64,000 bases of DNA from Cyanobacteria bacterium P01_A01_bin.123 (GTDB lineage Bacteria > Cyanobacteriota > Cyanobacteriia > Phormidesmidales > Phormidesmidaceae). A model generated the notes under the pieces. The model did no database searches and had not been told where the DNA came from. It saw only the letters and a program-made list of their open reading frames with translations. Shown in pieces: positions 49,425-58,606 of this stretch (position 1 is its first letter; each line of letters starts with the position of its first letter). The stretch lies in assembly GCA_039815185.1 (NCBI GenBank), contig JBCBZT010000021.1, positions 60,192 to 124,191 of the forward strand. Reading direction: 5' to 3'. The position numbers and the translations under genes are program-made.

Positions 49425-50423
49425 TTAAGCCGGCCGTTCTTGTTGAGCGGATGAGTCTGCAACTGGGCCAAAAATGGTGCGGGTGAAGCGAACATACCAA
49501 GCCGCAGCTTGTACCTGAATGATGTAAGCCATGGCAATAATCAAGGCAATCTCAGATCCTTGTTCTTTACCAAAGGCAGTCATCGCGATCGCTAATGCAA
49601 TGGACAGATTCCGCATGACGGTGCCATAAACCAGCGCGATCGCGTCTCCTCGGTTGAAGAAAAATTTGCCGATCAAGGTGCTGAGGAGAAAATTACCCAG
49701 ATACAAAATAGCCAAAGGAATGAGGAAAGAGATCAGTATCAAAGGATTGGCGATAATATCCTTTGCCTTGAGAGCCATGGCCACAAATACGATGCCTAAA
49801 ACCCCTAGGGTTGAAAAAACCGGAAACTTTTGCTTGAGCGTCTTGTGGTATTTATCGGCCCCTACAAGTTGAATCAGGGAGATGCGAGTGACAAATCCCA
49901 GAATCATGGGTAGAAAAACAATCATCACGATTTGCCTAAAGATGCTGACCAAGGGAATTTCCACGACCGTCCCCATCAACCATTTGGCATAGAAGGGCGT
50001 GGCCAATGAACCCAGAATCAAGCCAATCACCGTCATTTTGATGGCAGCACTTATGTTGCCTCTGGCAAATCCAGTCCAGGAAATAGTCATGCCGCTAGTC
50101 GGCAGTAGGGAAGCTAGCAGCAGACCCAGGGCAATTAAGGGTTGATCTGCAAAAAATATCTTCCCCATGCCAAAGGCGAAGAACGGAATTAAGCCAAAAT
50201 TGATCAGCTGGGTGAGTAACTGCACCCGATAATCTCCCCCCGACAACACTTTTTGAAGTTGCAGGTTGACCATCATGGGATAAACCATGAGAAAGGTGAG
50301 GGGAATAATCAAGGCTTTTAGCGGTGCTGGATTGGTCAAGGCCCCGACGAGGATGCCCGCCACCATCAAGATAGGAATCGACCAAACCAGATTTTTCTGG
50401 ATGAAGCTTAATGCTTTCAACAC
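49425..50423 (-). CDS. ACR3/SBF (arsenic-resistance / bile acid:Na symporter-like) transporter
   Basis: MVYPMM, LLPTSGMTISWTG, MRNLSIALAIA; about 10 TM helices. Confidence 0.8.
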   Translation of the reverse strand: MLKALSFIQKNLVWSIPILMVAGILVGALTNPAPLKALIIPLTFLMVYPMMVNLQLQKVLSGGDYRVQLLTQLINFGLIPFFAFGMGKIFFADQPLIALGLLLASLLPTSGMTISWTGFARGNISAAIKMTVIGLILGSLATPFYAKWLMGTVVEIPLVSIFRQIVMIVFLPMILGFVTRISLIQLVGADKYHKTLKQKFPVFSTLGVLGIVFVAMALKAKDIIANPLILISFLIPLAILYLGNFLLSTLIGKFFFNRGDAIALVYGTVMRNLSIALAIAMTAFGKEQGSEIALIIAMAYIIQVQAAAWYVRFTRTIFGPVADSSAQQERPA

Positions 50424-50468
50424 AACGCACTTTCCTCCTTAGGCGTGATGGGAACTGAGTGGGATAAC

Positions 50469-50864
50469 TTAATCAACGGTTGCAGCAGCGCCACGCTTGC
50501 GAATGGGTAACCCTGCTTTTTGCCACGCCATCATGCCGCCGCTTATGTTAAAAACCTTTGTAAACCCAGCTTGTGCGAGTTGTTGAGCGGCGATAGGACT
50601 ACGGTGAGCCGTCAGACAAATGACCGCGATCGCCTCAGTTTTTGATAGTGCCCGAAACCATTTGGGCAGCACCCAGTTTTGCACTATCGGAAATCGTCCC
50701 ATCACAATCCGAGGCAAGCTGAGATTGATGGCATTAGGCGCATGAAATAGGGCATATTCCCACCCACTGCGAACATCAATCAGTCGTGGCGGATTGGGGA
50801 GACGAGAAAATTCTTTGGGGGTTAGCTCTATTACAGTGGGTTGAAGTGATGAAATAGATGGCAT
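50469..50864 (-). CDS. Rhodanese domain sulfurtransferase
   Basis: LIDVRS..EY..H.PNA, ICLTAHRS, GGMMAW. Confidence 0.92.
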   Translation of the reverse strand: MPSISSLQPTVIELTPKEFSRLPNPPRLIDVRSGWEYALFHAPNAINLSLPRIVMGRFPIVQNWVLPKWFRALSKTEAIAVICLTAHRSPIAAQQLAQAGFTKVFNISGGMMAWQKAGLPIRKRGAAATVD

Positions 50865-50886
50865 AAAAATCCTTTAAATGCGGTGA

Positions 50887-50991
50887 TATAGCCGTAGCCA
50901 CAAAGCTTTGTGCGCTACGGCGAGCCAGATTGCCTGTGTATTGAGCATCCCAGCGATACTAGGTGCATTAAGCAATCTGGCCAGCGTTATA
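50887..50991. repeat. 105-bp dispersed MITE/REP-like element, copy 2
   Basis: TATAGCCGTAGCC..GGCCAGCGTTATA; matches 37097-37201. Confidence 0.85.
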
Positions 50992-51029
50992 AAAACGGTT
51001 GCCCAAAGGATTTGAGCATTGGGCAACCG
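50991..51029 (-). terminator. Rho-independent terminator after petC
   Basis: CGGTTGCCCAA / TTGGGCAACCG stem followed by TTTTT on the minus strand. Confidence 0.7.
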
Positions 51030-51137
51030 CTAAGAGGAGAAAATTGACGGTGGGTTGTAGGAGATTGAATCTCGTCCACATCTAGGGGCTTCGTTTTTCC
51101 CTCAACGAAGGGCTCCGGGGTTCAAATCGGATGTGGT

Positions 51138-51671
51138 TTAAACCCACCAAGGCGATTCGCCCGTACGAGGATCAACACCAGTCCAGGGAGACAGCCAAAT
51201 AGCATCATCCTGCACGGCCACCTGCACAATCTTCAGCGGCAGGTTAGCTGGCCCCCGTACGACAACGCCATCTGGGGTGTAGCGCGATCCATGACACGGA
51301 CATTGAAACTGCTGATCCATGGGATTCCAGGGAAAGGTGCAGCCAAGATGGGTGCAATTATTGACGAGGCCTATGGCGTCTAACGTGCCATCGTCTTTAA
51401 CGATCAGATAGGTGGGTTCTCCTGCCAGTCCGGCGATCAACGCACGGGTTCCAGGGGGTTCAGCTAAAAGTTGGCTGGCGGGAATCGGATTACCCCGTTG
51501 ATCTTTTGCCAGCTTGCCACCCCCCGCACTTACCTCGACAGGTGGTATGAGAAATTGAGCGGCGGGATAGAGCGCTGAACCCACTGTAGTTGCTACGGCA
51601 GCACCCGTGAGGAAGTTCAGCAACTGCCGCCGTGACAGCGATGGGCTTTCCAATGAAACGACTTGATCCAT
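51138..51671 (-). CDS. petC: Cytochrome b6f Rieske Fe-S subunit, additional paralog
   Basis: Tat motif SRRQLL, CTHLGC, CPCHGS, VVRGPA, DPRTGE.PWW; no petA adjacent. Confidence 0.92.
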   Translation of the reverse strand: MDQVVSLESPSLSRRQLLNFLTGAAVATTVGSALYPAAQFLIPPVEVSAGGGKLAKDQRGNPIPASQLLAEPPGTRALIAGLAGEPTYLIVKDDGTLDAIGLVNNCTHLGCTFPWNPMDQQFQCPCHGSRYTPDGVVVRGPANLPLKIVQVAVQDDAIWLSPWTGVDPRTGESPWWV

Positions 51672-51735
51672 AATTTTGATTGACCTCCGATAACGCTGGG
51701 GCAATCCTGTGCGATCGCCCCCAGACTCTTGAACA

Positions 51736-51954
51736 CTAGGCTTGCGGGGTTTGGTCTTTGTGATGAGTGTTAATGCCTAAGAGGCTGTAAAGACCACAGA
51801 AGCCAAATAAGCCAGTCAGCGCTGCGATCGCCCCGGTCACATCTAAACCAATCCCCAGCGCCGAGCCAGAATATACGCTCAAGCCCAGATAGAGCAGTCC
51901 ACCGGCCAGCATGAAGCGAATCATCCGATCAAGTATGCCAACGTTATTAACCAT
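51736..51954 (-). CDS. DUF2892 (YgaP-like) membrane protein
   Basis: NVG.LDR.IR..TGLFGFCGLYSLLGINT. Confidence 0.9.
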   Translation of the reverse strand: MVNNVGILDRMIRFMLAGGLLYLGLSVYSGSALGIGLDVTGAIAALTGLFGFCGLYSLLGINTHHKDQTPQA

Positions 51955-52039
51955 GGGTTGTTCTCCAAATGTTCATTATTAGGTGTTGTTTGCAGCTGGG
52001 GCAGCGTTCCACCACCAGTCCAATATTGGGTTCAAAGGT

Positions 52040-52447
52040 TCAAGCAGCCACAGGCACCGCACTCGGCAATCGATCCATCACCGCCTGCATTTTCTGACTC
52101 GCCTCCAGGGCAATTTCCTTTGCCCTAGGGCTGTGAATCATCAGAAACATGATTAACGGATCCACCGCAGAGACTTCAACGCGGCCATCGTTGTGTTCTT
52201 GCACCACGACATTACAGGGGTATAGAACTCCCGCTTTGTCGTCGGTTTGGAGCATCTGATACGCCACTCGTGGATGGCAGGCTCCCAAAATCGTGTAGCG
52301 ACGAAACTGGATATCCAGCTTCTGTTTGAACGCTGATTGGACATCAATCTCAGTTAAAATCCCCAAGCCTTCTGCCTTGAGAGCTTGGGTAACTTGGGCG
52401 ATCGCTTCTTCATAAGAAGCACACAAAGTTTTGCTGAAGTGATACAT
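52040..52447 (-). CDS. DUF302 protein
   Basis: GILTEIDVQ..YTILGACHP..LYPCNVVV. Confidence 0.9.
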   Translation of the reverse strand: MYHFSKTLCASYEEAIAQVTQALKAEGLGILTEIDVQSAFKQKLDIQFRRYTILGACHPRVAYQMLQTDDKAGVLYPCNVVVQEHNDGRVEVSAVDPLIMFLMIHSPRAKEIALEASQKMQAVMDRLPSAVPVAA

Positions 52448-52527
52448 AAGCTTTTGATCTTGCCTCGTAATAACTGTTTGTGAAGAGATACGTCGCAATC
52501 AAAAAGGATATTGCGCCTTTCATTGAT

Positions 52528-52550
52528 TCATTATATAACCAGATAGTAGT
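52528..52550 (-). promoter_or_regulatory. Putative ArsR/SqrR operator overlapping a TATAAT -10
   Basis: TCATTATATAACCAGATAGTAGT; 18/23 identical to the reverse complement of 57411-57433. Confidence 0.65.
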
Positions 52551-52616
52551 CTAATTGGCAAGAGCTGAAAATTTCTGATCTGCTTTAGCTGTTTCGAATC
52601 GGAGGATGGATAGTCA

Positions 52617-53381
52617 ATGCCAAATACTGAAGTTGGCCCCGTTGTCTGGCATGACCTTCTGACTAATGACGTGACTAAGGCAAAGCGCTTCTATGCTGAA
52701 CTACTCGGTTGGGAGTATCAGATTGAGCATGCCGCTGACTTTGTCTGGAAGCCTGGTGAGGCTGACTATCCGTTGATTTTGTCCAACGGGGAGGCACATG
52801 GAGGCTTCGTCGATTCCGGCCAGGATATGCCTTCTCATTGGGTTGCTTATGTCTCGGTTGAGGATGTCGATGCAGTAGCTGTGAGGGCGGAGGTACTGGG
52901 GGCGATAGTTGTTCGAGAGCCGTTTGATACGCCAGGGGTTGGACGCAGCGCAGTGATTCAGGATGCCCAGGGTGCCATCACCTGCCCACACGTGCCCACA
53001 CACAACTTTCCACCGCCCAGAGGGACGTTTGTGCGGGATGAGCTGATCACGGAAGACGTTGAGCAAGCAAAGATTCTCTACAGCAAGCTGTTTGATTGTC
53101 AGGCCAGCAATGTCACCAGAGGACCCATGGGAAGCGACGCCAACTTCAAATGTGCTGACAATACAGACGTGGTTGGCGCGATCACGCGATCGCTCGGTGG
53201 GTCTGCTATCTGGGTGACGTATCTCGCAACCCGCGATGTTAACTCAACCGTCACCCAGGCAAAAAATCTCGGTGCGATCGTCTACATCGAAGCAACTGAT
53301 GTACCCAAGGTGGGTCAATTTGCAGTCCTTGCAGACCCAACAGGTGCAGTGTTTGGCCTCTTAGCACCCCACGAATCATGA
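52617..53381 (+). CDS. Two-domain VOC/glyoxalase family protein
   Basis: WHDLLT.D..AKRFY.ELLGW; WVAYVSVEDVD; DPTGAVF. Confidence 0.9.
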   Translation: MPNTEVGPVVWHDLLTNDVTKAKRFYAELLGWEYQIEHAADFVWKPGEADYPLILSNGEAHGGFVDSGQDMPSHWVAYVSVEDVDAVAVRAEVLGAIVVREPFDTPGVGRSAVIQDAQGAITCPHVPTHNFPPPRGTFVRDELITEDVEQAKILYSKLFDCQASNVTRGPMGSDANFKCADNTDVVGAITRSLGGSAIWVTYLATRDVNSTVTQAKNLGAIVYIEATDVPKVGQFAVLADPTGAVFGLLAPHES

Positions 53382-54553
53382 ATCAGAAAATACAGCCAAG
53401 AATTTTAATCCTGGGAGGATATGGCAACACAGGTTTTTTGATTGCCAGATTATTGCTCCAGGAAAGCAATGCCCAGCTGGTTATTGCGGGAAGACATTTG
53501 AGTCGAGCCCAGAGAGCAGCCGATGAATTAAACTGCGAATTTGAGACGAATCGCGTTTCTAGTCAACAGGTAGATGCGGCCAACAAACTGTCCTTAGAAG
53601 CTGCTTTTACAGATATCAATATCGTTGTAGTCGCGTCAAGCACCATTAATTATGTTCGTAATATTTCAGAATCCGCTCTTGCGGCAGGTGTCGACTATCT
53701 GGATGTTCAACTTTCCACGCCTGAAAAATTAGCTGCGCTCAACGCTTTACAGCAGAAAATTGAAGGGAAGGGACTGTGTTTTGTGACGGATGGGGGCTTT
53801 CATCCGGGGGTTCCGGCGGCAATGGTACGCTATGCAGCTCCCAAATTTGATACGCTGGAAGCTGCTAATATCAGTGCGGCCTTTCAACTCAATTGGCAAA
53901 CGCTACAGTTCTCAGATTCGACCCTTGCTGAGTTTATTGATGAATTAAATCATTTCAATCCATTGATATTCAAGAATAAGCAATGGGTGAAAATGAATCT
54001 GCAAACGTTTCCAACGTTTAACTTTGGCGATCGCTTTGGTGAACGTTACTGCCTGCCCGTGTTTTTAGAAGAACTCCGCCCATTGCCAGATATGATTCCA
54101 TCCCTGAATGAAGCGGGTTTTTATATTTCAGGGTTTAACTGGATGACTGACTATGTCATTATGCCGATTGCCTTTGCGATGCTCAAAGTGTTTGGTGAAA
54201 ACGCCAAAATTCCGATGGGAAGACTCTTCCTCTGGAGCTTAAGAAAATTTAGTCGCCCACCTTTTGGTGCTGTTTTGCAATTAGAGGCTAAGGGCATGAA
54301 AGATAAGCAAAACAGCTGTCTACAGATGAGACTTATCCATGATGATACTTATGCTTTAACGGCTATCCCTGCGGTGGCCTGCTTACTGCAATATCTGAAC
54401 GGCAAGATTCGACGCCCAGGGTTATGGTTCCAGGGTAATTGGGTCGAGCCAATACAGTTTTTTGAGGATATTGAAAGACTTGGCGTTAGCGTTAGTTTGA
54501 GCGAGTCGCCATCCAATAAAGCTTATGCATCAATGGCAAAGACAGAAATCTGA
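53378..54553 (+). CDS. Saccharopine dehydrogenase-like NAD(P) oxidoreductase
   Basis: ILILGGYGNTG, IAGR, YLD, GGFHPG. Confidence 0.82.
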   Translation: MNQKIQPRILILGGYGNTGFLIARLLLQESNAQLVIAGRHLSRAQRAADELNCEFETNRVSSQQVDAANKLSLEAAFTDINIVVVASSTINYVRNISESALAAGVDYLDVQLSTPEKLAALNALQQKIEGKGLCFVTDGGFHPGVPAAMVRYAAPKFDTLEAANISAAFQLNWQTLQFSDSTLAEFIDELNHFNPLIFKNKQWVKMNLQTFPTFNFGDRFGERYCLPVFLEELRPLPDMIPSLNEAGFYISGFNWMTDYVIMPIAFAMLKVFGENAKIPMGRLFLWSLRKFSRPPFGAVLQLEAKGMKDKQNSCLQMRLIHDDTYALTAIPAVACLLQYLNGKIRRPGLWFQGNWVEPIQFFEDIERLGVSVSLSESPSNKAYASMAKTEI

Positions 54554-54592
54554 ATAAGCAACACACAAAGTTTTTCGGAGGATAGATCACAA

Positions 54593-55918
54593 ATGCCTAA
54601 TATCGCGGTAATTGGCGCGGGTTTAGGAGGCCTGCCTGCGGCCTATGAACTGCGGCACCTCCTGCCCCGTGACTGCACAGTGACGCTGATCTCCAATGAG
54701 ACTCACTTCACGTTTATTCCAGGGCTGATCCAAGTCGCCCTGGATCTGAAGTCCCTTGCCCACGTCCAGCTCGATTTGCAAACCCTCACTCGGCGTCATG
54801 GACTGGACTGGATATGTGGCAATGTCACTGCACTTGATATTGCTAATCGACGCATTACCCTCAAAGACCCCAAAATGGGCGAGAAAATCATTGACTATGA
54901 CTATGCGATGATTGCCACAGGCGCTTCCCTGGCATTTGAGCAAATTTCAGGTTTAGGCCCCCATGATGGATACACCCAGTCTGTTTGCACACCCGATCAT
55001 GCGATCAAAGCAAGGGAGGCATGGCTCCAGTTTCTGAAACAGCCAGGTCCATTGGTCGTTGGTGCAGCGCCGGGGGCTGGTTGCTTCGGCCCAGCCTATG
55101 AGTTTGCCCTCATGGCGGAGCAAGAACTGCGTCGTCGAGGGCTACGCGACCAAGTCCCCATCACCTATGTCACGCCTGAACCCTATGTCGGACATTTGGG
55201 CGTGTCTGATGTGAAAAATGCGCGGGAACTAACTGCCAAGTTGATGCAGGAGCGGGGCATTGAGGTGATCGACAATATGAGGATTACGGCGGTTGATGCT
55301 GAGCAGATAACGCTGGCCAATGGCCGAACGCTGCCGTTTCAGTACGCCATGGTTCTTCCGACCTTCCGAGGGGTTCAGTTTGTTCACGATGTCCCCGGAT
55401 TAGGCGATGAGAAGGGGTTTATTCCAGTATTGCCCACCCAACGTCATCCCGACTTTCCCCATATCTATGCAGCTGGGGTGAGCGTCAAGTTAGCGCAACC
55501 CGCTCAGACAGAGATTCCGATCGGCCTACCCAAAAGCGGCCAAATGACGGAGGCAATGGCGACGGCTGCTGCTCACAATATTGCGGTTGACTTGGGAGCG
55601 ATTCAGGCACCCCTGCAAAGTCCGACCTTGGATGCCCTCTGTTTTGCCGAGTTTGGCGATACTGGGATTGCCTACATTGCTGCGCCTGTGATTCCAGATC
55701 CAGAGACTGGGCAGCGGCGATCGTCCTATGCGATGCGAGGGCCCTGGGTCGTTTGGGCGAAAGTAGCCTTTGAGGAATATTTCATGCTGAAAATGCGCTA
55801 CGGCGTGGGGATGCCCTGGTTTGAAAAGTTGGGGTTACGCACCCTCTTCAATTTGAAGTTGTTCAAATCTTTGTCACCTAAAGAGTTTCAGGCTCTGGCT
55901 CGGATGCGAGCTGGGTGA
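54593..55918 (+). CDS. sqr: Sulfide:quinone oxidoreductase (type I-like)
   Basis: GAGLGG FAD motif; SVCTPDHA; GAGCFGPAYE; PEPYVGH; PKSG; LCFAEFGD; KVAFEEYF. Confidence 0.88.
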   Translation: MPNIAVIGAGLGGLPAAYELRHLLPRDCTVTLISNETHFTFIPGLIQVALDLKSLAHVQLDLQTLTRRHGLDWICGNVTALDIANRRITLKDPKMGEKIIDYDYAMIATGASLAFEQISGLGPHDGYTQSVCTPDHAIKAREAWLQFLKQPGPLVVGAAPGAGCFGPAYEFALMAEQELRRRGLRDQVPITYVTPEPYVGHLGVSDVKNARELTAKLMQERGIEVIDNMRITAVDAEQITLANGRTLPFQYAMVLPTFRGVQFVHDVPGLGDEKGFIPVLPTQRHPDFPHIYAAGVSVKLAQPAQTEIPIGLPKSGQMTEAMATAAAHNIAVDLGAIQAPLQSPTLDALCFAEFGDTGIAYIAAPVIPDPETGQRRSSYAMRGPWVVWAKVAFEEYFMLKMRYGVGMPWFEKLGLRTLFNLKLFKSLSPKEFQALARMRAG

Positions 55919-55987
55919 GGCAAGCATCCTGCCTGTGTGAATAAACGCTTAGGGAGAGGCGTGAAAATAACATCCCAGTTACCGAGG

Positions 55988-56014
55988 AGGGGCGAACGGA
56001 GGTTCGCCTGTACA
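55988..56014. repeat. REP-like hairpin (GGCGAAC-N4-GTTCGCC)
   Basis: Resembles the common cyanobacterial GTAGGGGCGAACGGCCGTTCGCCCCTAC repeat. Confidence 0.5.
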
Positions 56015-56277
56015 ACTCACTAGCGTGATTGGCTAGTCCCTTAATCCCATTAAACTCTTTAATCCATAATCATTCTGGAGATATCCATGAGGAATTTTTT
56101 CAGTATCCTGTTATCCATCAATCCAGCGCTCATTCAAGAATGGAAAACGGTGGCTACTCAGGCAGGCGTGGAGAATCCGCTTCAGCCCTGAATTTGGATG
56201 AAATATTAGCCGCTGTTAAAGTCCAGATTGACTATTCTGGGATCACAGCTTTCCCCACTGCGATCTCAAACTATTCG

Positions 56278-56730
56278 CTAAGACTGTACTTGCCGTTGGG
56301 ATTGTGTCCCAGTCTTTAGCCCGTTTAAAACCCACTTACAGGCCAGAGACCCGATTAAAAATGCGGCCAAAAACAACAATGGATTCCAAATGCCTAAGAC
56401 CAAGGCTACAATACCAGGGCCTGGACAGTACCCAGCAATGCTCCAGCCCACTCCGAAGATAGCGGCACCGACAACTAAGGGCCAATTAATGACCTGCTGA
56501 GTCGGTAAATAGAACATCTGGCTGAACCACGGATGGGGGAGCCGCAGGACAAACCGAAACGTGATCACAGTGATCCCGACGGCGCCACCCAACACAAACA
56601 GTAAGGTTGGATCCCAAGCCCCGGTCACGTCTAAGAAACCCAGCACGCGATCGCGATCAATCATCTGCGACAATCCGAGTCCTAGGCCAAACATCAGCCC
56701 TGCGATGAATGCTACTCCATTCTGTTTCAC
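56278..56730 (-). CDS. YeeE/YedE-type sulfur transporter subunit (PmpB/DUF6691-like)
   Basis: GFLDVTGAWDPTL, FGVGWSIAGYCPGP. Confidence 0.88.
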   Translation of the reverse strand: MKQNGVAFIAGLMFGLGLGLSQMIDRDRVLGFLDVTGAWDPTLLFVLGGAVGITVITFRFVLRLPHPWFSQMFYLPTQQVINWPLVVGAAIFGVGWSIAGYCPGPGIVALVLGIWNPLLFLAAFLIGSLACKWVLNGLKTGTQSQRQVQS

Positions 56731-56753
56731 GATTGAGTCATCCTCTATTCACA

Positions 56754-57167
56754 TCAAATAACGTGTCGCATGACAAACACTGTCACCATCGCAGTGCCTA
56801 AAAACGTAATCACAGCAACCAGCGATCGCGACGACAATCGCCCCAAACCACAAACGCCATGTCCACTAGTACACCCACTACCCAGCCGGGTGCCAAAGCC
56901 GACAAGCAATCCACCGACAATCATGGCCCAGGGGGAAAACGTCGATAGGGGAGTAGGCTGCGGAGCCAGTCCATACTCATACCATCCACCCCCCAACACC
57001 ATGCCGAGGATGAAGAACCAACGCCAAAGCTCACTGAGCTTAAATGCAATTGCACCATTGACAATGCCGCTAATCCCAGCAATGCGGCCATTGAAGGCTA
57101 GCAGCAGTGTTGCACTAATGCCAATCAGGACACCTCCCACTAGCGCCATCACCCAGGTAAACGTCAC
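56754..57167 (-). CDS. YeeE/YedE-type sulfur transporter subunit (PmpA-like)
   Basis: GRIAGISG, GCTSGHGVCG; start set at GTG behind AAGGA. Confidence 0.9.
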   Translation of the reverse strand: MTFTWVMALVGGVLIGISATLLLAFNGRIAGISGIVNGAIAFKLSELWRWFFILGMVLGGGWYEYGLAPQPTPLSTFSPWAMIVGGLLVGFGTRLGSGCTSGHGVCGLGRLSSRSLVAVITFLGTAMVTVFVMRHVI

Positions 57168-57270
57168 AATATTGAACTTCCTTTCACAGTAATAAACCTT
57201 GTCCAAGTCCAGACCTGGCCTTTGATTCGCAGGAAAACTCTATCGTCTTCTTTGAGAAATAAGCACTCTA

Positions 57271-57433
57271 ATATTATATTACTATCTACGCATATACTCT
57301 AAAGGATGATTTTTGATTGATCCGACCGCCATCCGCTGATCGCGTGGGGTTCGTGTAAAGGATTGAGATTAACCCAGGATGCCGGATTTCTGAGGGGCAA
57401 GCCTCTATCAACAACTACTTAGTAATATAATGA
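57271..57433. promoter_or_regulatory. Divergent yeeE/arsR promoters, each with an operator-like ATTATATTACTA box
   Basis: ATATTATATTACTATCTA at 57271 and ACAACTACTTAGTAATATAATGA at 57411-57433; each contains TATAAT. Confidence 0.65.
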
Positions 57434-57474
57434 GTTAAGACAATCTAGCCTGTATTCGCAATCCCTTGAATGCA

Positions 57475-57918
57475 ATGCCCAGCAAAACTACCCAGAAAGA
57501 ATCAACCCAAAAATCGAGTCAGCCAAAATCGAGTCAGCCAAAATCAAGTCAGCTAGACGACGATTGTCGCGTGGCTAATTTATCGCCAGTGGCCTTAAGT
57601 TTGATGGCTGGGTTTTTCAAAGTGCTGTCTGAAGCAAGCCGGTTGCAAATCGTTTGTGTGTTGAAAGCAGGGTCTAAGAACGTTACTGAAATCATTGAAG
57701 CAACAGGCTTAGGGCAAGCCAATGTCTCTAAGCATCTTAAAATGCTGGCTCAGGCTGGCGTAGTCTCCCGTCAACAACAGGGCGTGTCTGCCTACTATCA
57801 GATTGCCAATCCGTTTGTCTTTGAACTGTGTGAACTGGTCTGCGATGCGCTTTCAATCCAAATTGAGCATCAGAATCAGCAATTTGAACAGCTAGACGTG
57901 ATTCGGCAAGGGCGTTGA
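57475..57918 (+). CDS. ArsR/SmtB regulator, SqrR/BigR-like persulfide sensor
   Basis: FKVLSE.SRLQIVC, QANVSKHL, ELCELVC (Cys in helices 2 and 5); N-terminal 15-nt repeats (KSSQP). Confidence 0.85.
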   Translation: MPSKTTQKESTQKSSQPKSSQPKSSQLDDDCRVANLSPVALSLMAGFFKVLSEASRLQIVCVLKAGSKNVTEIIEATGLGQANVSKHLKMLAQAGVVSRQQQGVSAYYQIANPFVFELCELVCDALSIQIEHQNQQFEQLDVIRQGR

Positions 57919-57945
57919 CACTGAAACCGTTTCTGTAGCGTTGAT

Positions 57946-58359
57946 TTAGACTAAGCTCGGTGGGCGATACCCTAACCCGGTGACAAATTGCTCTTGAAAA
58001 CACTGGACATCTTCAGGATTGGGCATACCGTGGGACACAATGGCAATGTGATAGCGATTCATGACACTGGTTGGGTTGCAGCCCGCATCGAGATCGTTGA
58101 AGACCAGCGTCATAATTGGGGATGGAGAATAGGGGAACCCATTTTCGTTAAGTACGGCCCAGCAGTCATCACAGGGTTCTATCCCTAAGGCCGGATCCAG
58201 TTTCAATCGCAAGATCCAGCGATCATTTAAGAAAATAACGGTGGCGCAATCAACGGGCGATCGCGCGATCGCCCGTTGATTGGTTCGCAGCGTTGTCAGT
58301 AGGTAAAACAATATCCGCTGAGTGAGACTTGCGTTGGCAAAACAATAGAGGAATTCCAT
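57946..58359 (-). CDS. Conserved cyanobacterial hypothetical protein
   Basis: MEFLY.FANASLT.R..VMNRYHIAIVSHG..GLGYRP family pattern. Confidence 0.7.
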   Translation of the reverse strand: MEFLYCFANASLTQRILFYLLTTLRTNQRAIARSPVDCATVIFLNDRWILRLKLDPALGIEPCDDCWAVLNENGFPYSPSPIMTLVFNDLDAGCNPTSVMNRYHIAIVSHGMPNPEDVQCFQEQFVTGLGYRPPSLV

Positions 58360-58606
58360 AGCGCTGACCCTAGGTTGCTCCAATTTCAGCCTAGGGTAAG
58401 AATCTGAGGAAGATGTGAAGAACGGCTGCTAAATCACATCCGATTTGGAACCTTAAGTTTTTAACTTAGGGAAAATGATGGATCGGAACGTAGACACGGT
58501 TTATTAATTATGAAGAACTGCCGCCATTTTTGAGCGTCTCAATAGCGAGACCGTTACGATCTGCGTGGATGCTCGCAATACTTATCAATCAAGACTTGTC
58601 TGATCA

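Noticed and set aside
56029..56319. 96-aa ORF downstream of sqr
   Set aside because: Atypical start, overlaps the yeeE 3' end and has no motif; possibly a decayed fragment
49425..57918. Arsenic-resistance operon (ACR3 + ArsR)
   Set aside because: No arsC/arsH, and the ArsR Cys pattern and neighbours point to sulfur; arsenite export is not excluded
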